NCBI GenBank assembly: GCA_020200195.1 | Contig: JAIVJE010000290.1 | Location: 1-37,609 of the forward strand | From: Acidobacteriota bacterium | Lineage (GTDB): Bacteria; Acidobacteriota; Vicinamibacteria; Vicinamibacterales; 2-12-FULL-66-21 | Length of the DNA stretch: 37,609 nt | Reading direction: 5' to 3' | In this document: in pieces, positions 27,174 through 37,609 of the stretch | Layout: each line of letters opens with the position of its first letter | Position numbering within the stretch: position 1 is the stretch's first letter | The notes under the pieces: generated by a model | Databases searched by the model: none | What the model saw: only the letters and a program-made list of their open reading frames with translations | Told to the model about the DNA's origin: nothing | Position numbers and translations under genes: made by a program

Positions 27174-28529
27174 CTACTTTCCAATACAAAACCGCCCGAA
27201 GATCTCGTGAATGACGTCGTCAGGCGTTCGTACGCCCGTGACCTCTTCGAGGCGGCTGCGCGCCTCGTTCAGATCCGCGAGAACGAATTCCTCCGGCGTG
27301 CCTGCGGCGGCCGCAGCCGCGGCGCGCCCGAGCGCGGTCCGCGCCTGCGAGATCAGATCGGTGTGCCGGACGTTCGTGATCGCTGGGGCATCGCGCAGTG
27401 GTTCGCTCCCCGCGACGGCCGCGAGCAGCGCTGCCCGTAGCGTCTCCACCCCCTCGCCGGTAGCTGCCGACACTCGCAGCACGGGCGCCTCGACAGGAGC
27501 GGTTTCGGGCGTCCAGGCGGCGGGCAGATCGCTCTTGTTCGCGACGATGACCCGAGGCTGCGTGGCGGTGTGCTCCAGCAACAGACGATCGTCGCGACAC
27601 ATCGGGACTGACTGATCGAGCACGACCAACACGACGGCCGCGACCGCCCGGGCCGCGACCGCGCGCGCCATGCCTTCTTCCTCGATCGCATCACCGGCCG
27701 TCTCCCTCAACCCCGCGGTGTCCACGAGCGTAACGGGAACCCCCTCGATCTCCACCGTCTCGGTCAAGAGGTCGCGTGTGGTTCCGGGCACTTCGGTGAC
27801 GATGGCGCGGCCAGCGCCGGCGAGCCTGTTGAACAGGCTGGATTTTCCGGCATTCGGCCGGCCGGCGAACACGACGTGCACCCCCTCGCGTATGAGGCGG
27901 CCACGCAGCGCGTCCGCGCGCAGCTCGTCCAGTTGTCGCGCGATTCCCTGGATCTCTCGGGCGGCAGACATGTCGTCGACGAAATGGTAGCCCTCATCCG
28001 GAAAATCGAGCGAGGCTTCGAGGCGCGCGACGAGATCGAACAATGCCCGATCGGCTTCGCCGATGCGTGCCGTGAGCGTCCCCTCGAGTTGATCGAACGC
28101 GGCCCGCGCCTGCAGCGGCGTGACCGCGTCCACCAGATCGCGGACGGCCTCGGCCTGTATCAGATCGATCCGTCCTCGCAGGAATGCGCGGAGCGTGAAC
28201 TCACCAGGTTCAGCCAGCCGCGCCCCCGCGTCCATCGCCGCCTGGACGATGCTCCGAAGCAACACCTGGCTGCCATGCGCGCTGACTTCGACGACATCCT
28301 CACCAGTGTACGAATGCGGCGCAGGAAACAGCGTGAGGAGGACCCGATCGATCGCGCCGCCGGCGCCGGCCACGCGTGCCAGCGTGGCGCGCCGTGGCTC
28401 CAGCTCGGGGTGCCCACTCAATTGCGCGGCGATCGCCGGTGCCGCAGGGCCGCTGATGCGCACAACGCCGATCCCGCCGCGGCCCGGCGGCGTCGCAACG
28501 GCGACGATCGTGTCATCAGGGCAGAACAT
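27174..28529 (-). CDS. mnmE: tRNA modification GTPase MnmE (TrmE)
   Basis: DTIVAVATPPGRGGIGVVRISG. G1 GRPNAGKSSLFNRL. G3 DTAGLRE. NKSDL. C-terminal FCIGK. Confidence 0.95.
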   Translation of the reverse strand: MFCPDDTIVAVATPPGRGGIGVVRISGPAAPAIAAQLSGHPELEPRRATLARVAGAGGAIDRVLLTLFPAPHSYTGEDVVEVSAHGSQVLLRSIVQAAMDAGARLAEPGEFTLRAFLRGRIDLIQAEAVRDLVDAVTPLQARAAFDQLEGTLTARIGEADRALFDLVARLEASLDFPDEGYHFVDDMSAAREIQGIARQLDELRADALRGRLIREGVHVVFAGRPNAGKSSLFNRLAGAGRAIVTEVPGTTRDLLTETVEIEGVPVTLVDTAGLRETAGDAIEEEGMARAVAARAVAAVVLVVLDQSVPMCRDDRLLLEHTATQPRVIVANKSDLPAAWTPETAPVEAPVLRVSAATGEGVETLRAALLAAVAGSEPLRDAPAITNVRHTDLISQARTALGRAAAAAAAGTPEEFVLADLNEARSRLEEVTGVRTPDDVIHEIFGRFCIGK

Positions 28530-28619
28530 GGGAGTGTAGAGTCGTCAGGCTACGGCTGGTCGCGCGTGACGCAGCCGGCTGCCGGTGTGATCGAACCGTC
28601 CAGCCGACACGGCCGGGAA

Positions 28620-29072
28620 TCAGCGTCGCAGCGAGATAATCACAGTCTTGAGAAATGCATCCCCGATGCTTTCGGACGACAGCTGGGGGTCCTCGGCGAC
28701 CGCGAGGTGCACCAGACGCCGCGCGTACGGATTCAGCGGCCCGACTTCCTGCGGGGCGCCCGAGCTCTTCGCGCGTTCCATCATGAAGCGCGCCATCTGC
28801 ACCAGCTCCGCGTCCTTGGCCTTCCGGTAATCCATGCAGTCGACGACGAACGATCGATCGCCGCTGAGGTGACGCCGGAACGCAGTATTCACGATGTGCT
28901 GCAGGGCATCGAGCGCCTCCGCACGCCGCCGTAACAGCTGCTCGCCGCCGTCGCCCGACAACTCGATGGCTACGTTGTCCGCCGTCTCCTGTATCGTGAC
29001 GGTGAGCGGGACACCCATCGCGTCGAGCGTCCGCTGCATGAACTCGCGCACGCGGTCGTGCAGTTCCATCAC
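28620..29072 (-). CDS. jag: Jag/KhpB-like RNA-binding protein (KH plus R3H domains, short form)
   Basis: R3H-like LNPYARRLVHLAV near the C-terminus. Conserved position downstream of yidC with a 4-nt overlap. Confidence 0.8.
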   Translation of the reverse strand: MMELHDRVREFMQRTLDAMGVPLTVTIQETADNVAIELSGDGGEQLLRRRAEALDALQHIVNTAFRRHLSGDRSFVVDCMDYRKAKDAELVQMARFMMERAKSSGAPQEVGPLNPYARRLVHLAVAEDPQLSSESIGDAFLKTVIISLRR

Positions 29073-30790
29073 TTACGCTCCTTCGAGGCCTGCTCGCTCT
29101 TGCCGGCGCCGGCGTTTTTGAGCCGGCGCTCAGCCGGCGGCCGCACCGCATGCGAGACCGAGGGACCGATGAGCCGGTTGGTCAGCGCCTGCTGGCCGAT
29201 CGCCCAGAGGTTGCTCACCGTCCAGTACAACACCAGACCGCTCGGGGCCCAGATGAACATCGCCGTAAAGACGATCGGCATGAACATCATCATCTTCTGC
29301 TGGACGGGATCGGCGGTCGTCGGCGTCATCCGCTGCTGCACGACCATCGTGATGCCCATCAACACGGGCGTCACGAAGAGCGGATCGTAGACCGACAGGT
29401 CCTTGATCCATCCCACAAAAGGGGCGCCGCGCAGCTCGATCGCCACCGACAGCATCGCGTAAAACGCGAAGAGCACCGGCATTGTGAGCAGCATCGGGAC
29501 GCACCCGCTCGCGGGGTTCGCGCCGCGCTCACGATACAAGTTCATCAATTCGACGTTCATCTTCTGCCGCGCCGGGTCGCTCATCTTGAGCTTTGCGTAC
29601 CGCTCCTGGATGGCCTTGACCTCCGGCTGCAGTTCCTGCATCTTCCGCATCGACACGACGCTCTTGTGCCGCAACGGGAACATGGCAAGATTGATGAGCA
29701 CCGTCAGCAGGATCAGGGACCAGCCGTAATTCCCGACGTAGCCGTTGATCCACTTGAGCGCGCGGAGCAGCGGCACGACCAGCCACGAGAACATGCCGAA
29801 GTCGATCGCGCGCACGAGATCGCGATTGACCGAGGCGAGGACATCGAAATCCTTGGGACCGACGAAGAAGCGCTCGTTCTGCGGAGCGGCGGGATATTTC
29901 ACGGCCCAGGAGACGAACTGCAGCCCGTGGTCGGCACCGTCAACCGGCACAAGGACCGGGTCGTACTCGACATGCAGGGGCTGCCGCGCGGGCAGCGCGG
30001 CGCTGAGGAAGTAGTGGTCGTCCACGCCCGCGAAGCCCAACGCGCCTTCCTGCACTCGCCCCTCAGGAACATCGTCTATTCCAATGCGCGTGACCTTCTG
30101 ATCACGATAGAACACCGGTTGCGGAGCGGGCGCGTACGTCATCCCTCCGCCGACGATTCCGGTGCCCAGCGCGGGACCCCACTGCACGATCGGAATCACC
30201 GCGGTATCACCGCGCATGACCGAGGCCGTGAATCCGATCACGTAGGGGTGTTGCGGATCGAACGTGAACTCCTTGCGCACCGCCACGCCGCCTGCGTCCT
30301 TGAACTCGAACGCCAGAGTCGCTGGAGCCGAACCGACGTTCAGCGCTTCCGCGCTCGGCTTATACAGCGCGTTGCGGATCGTGGCCGTCAGCGTCTGGTC
30401 GTCTGTGACGAGCGTGAATGGCCGCGCCGAACCGGGAACGTTCTGAGGAACCAGATCGAGCGGCTGCCGATCGGGTCCCAGGTAGCGCTTCAGCCGCCAA
30501 CTGGTCAGCACCGCGCCGCGCGACGAAAACGTGGCACGCACCGCGTCGTTCTCGACCACGATGTTCCGTTCTGACGAGTCCGCGACGAGCGGTGCCGCCG
30601 GGGCTGCCGGCGGGGCCGCTTCGACGCCCGGAGGCGGAACGGTGCCGCCTGGCGCCACGGCGGAAGGGGGAGGGGCTGACTGCGGCGCACGCTGCACAGG
30701 CGGCGCGGGTCGTGGGGGTGGAAAGAATGCCTGATAACCGTACAGGACGATGAACGACAGGACGACGGCGAGCAGAACGCGTTTTTCCAT
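29069..30790 (-). CDS. yidC: Membrane protein insertase YidC (long form with a large periplasmic P1 domain)
   Basis: N-terminal TM MEKRVLLAVVLSFIVLYGY. Conserved C-terminal core WSLILLTVLINLAMFPL...GCVPMLLTMPVLFAFY...PSGLVLYWTVSNLW. Confidence 0.95.
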   Translation of the reverse strand: MEKRVLLAVVLSFIVLYGYQAFFPPPRPAPPVQRAPQSAPPPSAVAPGGTVPPPGVEAAPPAAPAAPLVADSSERNIVVENDAVRATFSSRGAVLTSWRLKRYLGPDRQPLDLVPQNVPGSARPFTLVTDDQTLTATIRNALYKPSAEALNVGSAPATLAFEFKDAGGVAVRKEFTFDPQHPYVIGFTASVMRGDTAVIPIVQWGPALGTGIVGGGMTYAPAPQPVFYRDQKVTRIGIDDVPEGRVQEGALGFAGVDDHYFLSAALPARQPLHVEYDPVLVPVDGADHGLQFVSWAVKYPAAPQNERFFVGPKDFDVLASVNRDLVRAIDFGMFSWLVVPLLRALKWINGYVGNYGWSLILLTVLINLAMFPLRHKSVVSMRKMQELQPEVKAIQERYAKLKMSDPARQKMNVELMNLYRERGANPASGCVPMLLTMPVLFAFYAMLSVAIELRGAPFVGWIKDLSVYDPLFVTPVLMGITMVVQQRMTPTTADPVQQKMMMFMPIVFTAMFIWAPSGLVLYWTVSNLWAIGQQALTNRLIGPSVSHAVRPPAERRLKNAGAGKSEQASKERK

Positions 30791-30793
30791 GAA

Positions 30794-31042
30794 TCAGACC
30801 CGGGGCCAGCGCCCCGGGACGGGATCGAAACCGTGGGCCGCCAGCGGCCGGCAGCGAGCCAGACGCCGGCCGGCGAGCAAGGCGCCTCGGACCACGCCGA
30901 ACCGCGTCACGGCCTCCGCCGCATAATCTGAGCAGGAGGGGACGAAGCGACAGGAACCCGTAAACAGCGGTGAGATAAGGAGCTTGTACGCCTTCAGCAA
31001 GAGGAGCACGCCGTGTTGCGCTGCGGACAAGGACTCAGGCAC
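30794..31042 (-). CDS. yidD: Membrane protein insertion efficiency factor YidD
   Basis: YKLLISPLFTGSCRFVPSCSDYAAEAV. It overlaps the rnpA stop by 8 nt. Confidence 0.88.
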   Translation of the reverse strand: MPESLSAAQHGVLLLLKAYKLLISPLFTGSCRFVPSCSDYAAEAVTRFGVVRGALLAGRRLARCRPLAAHGFDPVPGRWPRV

Positions 31043-31424
31043 GGATGGTCACCGGGAGACGTGCGGCGCACCGTTGATACGCACCGCGGAAATCCTTCTC
31101 CAGCGCTGGAAACGCGGCATCGAACAGCTCGCGGCGCGGAATCACGACGACATCGAACGACGGAACCCCCGCGAGCGGTGGGATCTGACGGAAAATCTCT
31201 CGAATCAGTCGTTTAGCTCTGTTCCTACTCGGCGCGTCACCAAGCTTGCGGGACGCGACGATGCCCAATCTCACGGTGCCGGCATCGTTGGGTAACATCA
31301 GCAGGGTGAGGTAGCGGCCGTGGATGCGGATGCCGAGTTCGAAAACGCGTTGAAACTCGGCGCGCCGGCGCACACGCCGAGCGCGCGTGAAACGGGCCGA
31401 GGTGACGGCGCCCGAGGATGGCAT
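31035..31424 (-). CDS. rnpA: Ribonuclease P protein component
   Basis: FQRVF..G.., RLGIVASRKLGDAPSRNRAKRLIREIFR (RNR motif). Directly downstream of rpmH. Confidence 0.88.
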   Translation of the reverse strand: MPSSGAVTSARFTRARRVRRRAEFQRVFELGIRIHGRYLTLLMLPNDAGTVRLGIVASRKLGDAPSRNRAKRLIREIFRQIPPLAGVPSFDVVVIPRRELFDAAFPALEKDFRGAYQRCAARLPVTIRA

Positions 31425-31453
31425 GTGTCGGCGCGCAGCGCTGGGACGCGCGA

Positions 31454-31606
31454 TCAGGATTCCGATGACACGGTCAGCCGCTTCCGGCCCTTGGCCCGGC
31501 GGCGTTTCACAACCAGCCGGCCGTTCTTGGTGCTCATGCGCACGAGGAAGCCGTGCGTACGCTTACGGCGCCGGTTGTTGGGCTGGAACGTGCGCTTTCC
31601 CTTCAT
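31454..31606 (-). CDS. rpmH: 50S ribosomal protein L34 (50 aa; below the ORF-track length cutoff)
   Basis: Hand translation of the minus strand gives [53 protein letters not shown] at 31606, TGA at 31454-31456. Confidence 0.9.
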   Translation of the reverse strand: MKGKRTFQPNNRRRKRTHGFLVRMSTKNGRLVVKRRRAKGRKRLTVSSES

Positions 31607-31773
31607 GATCGGGACCCCTGCAACGGATGGAGAATAGCGGAGAAACTAAGATAGTAGCGAACGCTCTGCGGCAGTGTCAATCGCGGCAGAGCGGTCTTTG
31701 CATCCGTTGTCGGAGGTCCGGGGGCTATGTTACAGTCCCCTCCCTGCGACGGCCGTAGGGTCTCCCCCCGAAG

Positions 31774-31805
31774 TTTTCCACAACTGTGGAAAAAATTGTG
31801 GAAAA
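31774..31805. promoter_or_regulatory. Cluster of three identical DnaA boxes
   Basis: TTTTCCACA at 31774-31782 (plus). TGTGGAAAA at 31785-31793 and 31797-31805, which is the same 9-mer inverted. Each has one mismatch to TTATCCACA. The cluster lies about 185 nt upstream of dnaA. Confidence 0.7.
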
Positions 31806-31989
31806 GCCCAGGTTTTCGCCCGGCTCCGCCGGCTAATCCCGCTCTGGAGCGCGATCTTTCGAGGCGAAGGCTGGAAAGTGCCGTATTTGCAGGGTCCGGC
31901 GACGATCGTTGGGGTAAACGGGCTGTGACGCACGGCGCGCCGGAAGGCGAAGGTCCACGGATGCACGCCCGCCCGGGACAGGCGCGCAC

Positions 31990-33336
31990 ATGACGGGCAC
32001 CAATATCTGGGATCGGGTTCTCTCCCGCATCGAGACCAAAATCAATCGTCACAGCTTCTACACCTGGTTTAAACCCACCTCGTTGGGGAGTGACGATGGG
32101 ACAAGCGTGCGGGTGCTGGTTCCTAACCCGCTCTTTCGCGACTGGCTGACAAAGCACTACTCGGCCGTTCTTGACGAGGCCCTCGCCGAAGTGGAACGGC
32201 AGGGCACCAGGGTCGCTTTCGTGACCACCGATGCTCCTGGCCTCCCGGAGCTGCCGCCCGCCGAACCTCCGTTGGATGTGGAGGTACCGCCGTCAGAACC
32301 TGCCTCCACCGATGGTCAAGGCGGCCACCTGGGTCCTCGCTACTCGTTCGACACCTTCATCGTTGGTTCGTCCAATCAGTTTGCCCATGCGGCGTGCAGG
32401 GCCGTGGCAGAGGCCCCGTCGCGTTCCTACAATCCGCTGTTCATCTATGGCGGGGTCGGTCTGGGCAAAACACACCTGATGCACGCGATTGGCCACTACG
32501 TGCTCAACCATCAGACGAATCTCAAACTGACGTACATCTCGTCCGAGCGGTTCATGAACGAGATGATCAACGCACTGCGGTACGACCGGGTTCTCGACTT
32601 CCGGGAGCGATATCGCAGCGTGGACGTTCTCCTGGTCGATGACATCCAGTTTCTCGCGGGGAAGGAAGGGACGCAGACAGAGTTCTTCCATACGTTCAAC
32701 GCGCTGTACGACTCGCAGAAGCAGATTGTCATCAGCAGCGATTGCCCGCCGCACGAAATCCCGGCGCTGGAGGAGCGGTTGCGGTCGCGGTTCGAGTGGG
32801 GACTCATCGCGGACATTCAGGCTCCCGACCTCGAAACCAAGGTGGCGATCCTGAAGAAGAAGGCGGAAACGGAAGGCATTCCGTTACCCGATACGGTCGC
32901 GATTTACATTGCGGGAAAGATCAAGTCGAACATCCGCGAGCTCGAAGGGTCGCTGATTCGCCTGATCGCGTACGCCTCGCTGACCGGCCGCGAGATCTCG
33001 CTGGCGCTGGCCCAGGACGTGCTCCGCAACGTGCTGCAGCACGATGAGCGCGCCGTCACGATTGAGATCATCCAGAAGTTCGTGTCCGACTACTACCAGT
33101 TGAAGCTCGGCGAGCTCAAATCGCGCAACAACTCGAAGTCGATCGCCATGCCACGACAAATCGCGATGTATCTGTGCAAGTCGCTGACGAACGCGTCGCT
33201 CCCGGAAATCGGCCGGAGCTTCGGCGGCAAGCACCATTCGACCGTCATTCACTCCATCCGGAAGATCGAGGATCTCCGGAAGCGCGACGGGAATTTCAAC
33301 ATCCTCATGAACAATTTCATGGAGTCATTCCGCTAG
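31990..33336 (+). CDS. dnaA: Chromosomal replication initiator DnaA
   Basis: N-terminus [24 protein letters not shown]. Walker [16 protein letters not shown]. Walker [10 protein letters not shown]. Domain [38 protein letters not shown]. Confidence 0.97.
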   Translation: MTGTNIWDRVLSRIETKINRHSFYTWFKPTSLGSDDGTSVRVLVPNPLFRDWLTKHYSAVLDEALAEVERQGTRVAFVTTDAPGLPELPPAEPPLDVEVPPSEPASTDGQGGHLGPRYSFDTFIVGSSNQFAHAACRAVAEAPSRSYNPLFIYGGVGLGKTHLMHAIGHYVLNHQTNLKLTYISSERFMNEMINALRYDRVLDFRERYRSVDVLLVDDIQFLAGKEGTQTEFFHTFNALYDSQKQIVISSDCPPHEIPALEERLRSRFEWGLIADIQAPDLETKVAILKKKAETEGIPLPDTVAIYIAGKIKSNIRELEGSLIRLIAYASLTGREISLALAQDVLRNVLQHDERAVTIEIIQKFVSDYYQLKLGELKSRNNSKSIAMPRQIAMYLCKSLTNASLPEIGRSFGGKHHSTVIHSIRKIEDLRKRDGNFNILMNNFMESFR

Positions 33337-33463
33337 CAAACAGCCGCCTCGGTCGCTTTCCATAGCCCGGTTTGTGCATCCCCTGCGGATGACCTGCGGA
33401 GATTCTGGGGGCCTCCAGATATGCACCAAAAACGCCCGGTAAACCCGCTGCGGTACCGTCGCT

Positions 33464-33562
33464 GAATCCACAGGCTAAACCGCTGAACTGTAACGGGTAA
33501 TCGACGCGTTTTGTGATTTCCACACGACCTCTTTCTTGTTATAATTCTTTGTTCTCTCGATC
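33464..33562. promoter_or_regulatory. Weaker DnaA-box-like 9-mers plus an AT-rich patch in the 290-nt dnaA-dnaN spacer (possible second oriC segment or DUE)
   Basis: GAATCCACA (33464-33472), ATTTCCACA (33516-33524), then CTCTTTCTTGTTATAATTCTTTGTTCTCTCGATC (about 33529-33562), which is unusually AT-rich for this sequence. Confidence 0.35.
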
Positions 33563-33626
33563 TCCCTCTACATCAGAAGGGATCAGTGCGCCGAACCTGC
33601 GCACTTCCCGCGAGGTCATCACCACC

Positions 33627-37399
<3,773 letters not shown>

Positions 37400-37585
37400 C
37401 GCACGTGCGATGTTCACCGTTCAGTGTGCAACGTTCTGTGCGACGTACGGCGTGCCACGTGCGACGGGGGTGCAGGGTGCACGGTGCGGGCACTTGAACC
37501 TGACGCGTTGCACGTCGCACGTAGCACGTAGCACGTAGCACATCGCACCGCACGTTGCACGCTGAACGTTGCACGTTGAACGGGC
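37400..37585. repeat. Degenerate period-7 array of about 185 nt built on GCACGTN / ACGTTGC units, immediately 3' of gyrB
   Basis: Core GCACGTC (GCACGTA)x3 GCACATC at 37510-37544. It is flanked by ACGTTGC ACGCTGA ACGTTGC ACGTTGA and, upstream, by heptads ending in CGT/TGT. Contains CACGTG palindromes. Confidence 0.8.
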
Positions 37586-37609
37586 ATAATCGCTCAACCA
37601 ACCCATGAC

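Noticed and set aside
25846-27210. 454-aa plus-strand ORF
   Set aside because: It is antisense to mnmG. It is a shadow ORF.
29150-30574. 474-aa plus-strand ORF
   Set aside because: It is antisense to yidC. It is a shadow ORF.

Overview
GC-rich chromosomal replication-origin neighbourhood of a diderm bacterium. The gene style is Acidobacteriota-like, but that taxon is only a guess. From 5.7 to 31.6 kb, 24 consecutive genes lie on the minus strand: dusB, a NusG paralogue, a SurA-like PPIase, mfd, a decayed rfaE2-like remnant, wzt/wzm, a PP2C phosphatase, the F-ATPase genes b'-b-delta-alpha-gamma-beta-epsilon, selD, parB, parA, rsmG, mnmG, mnmE, jag, yidC, yidD, rnpA and rpmH. dnaA, dnaN and gyrB then run on the plus strand. 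This is the classical strand switch at oriC. It comes with three identical DnaA boxes upstream of dnaA and a perfect parS between rsmG and parA. The left 5.7 kb is a regulatory island. It holds a 5'-truncated hybrid histidine kinase, a FliA-like sigma factor, a small HTH plus DHp-only gene pair, and a translationally coupled operon of a sigma-54 activator, an Arg/Pro/Gly/Trp-rich low-complexity protein and a Dabb protein. Several things are missing from the ORF track. selD is a selenoprotein: an in-frame UGA at the catalytic Cys position restores its N-terminus. rpmH (50 aa) was below the ORF length cutoff. The parS site and DnaA boxes are also absent. Tandem heptanucleotide arrays occupy several intergenic spacers, REP-like palindromes abut a frameshifted cytidylyltransferase remnant, and a canonical intrinsic terminator sits on the 'wrong' strand at the 5' end of mfd. 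I found no CRISPR array, transposase, integrase, prophage or recognisable defence system. The window is mostly core housekeeping. The most novel-looking candidates are the HTH/DHp mini-operon, the activator/low-complexity/Dabb operon and the heptamer arrays. None is proven. The many long ORFs antisense to real genes are high-GC shadows.
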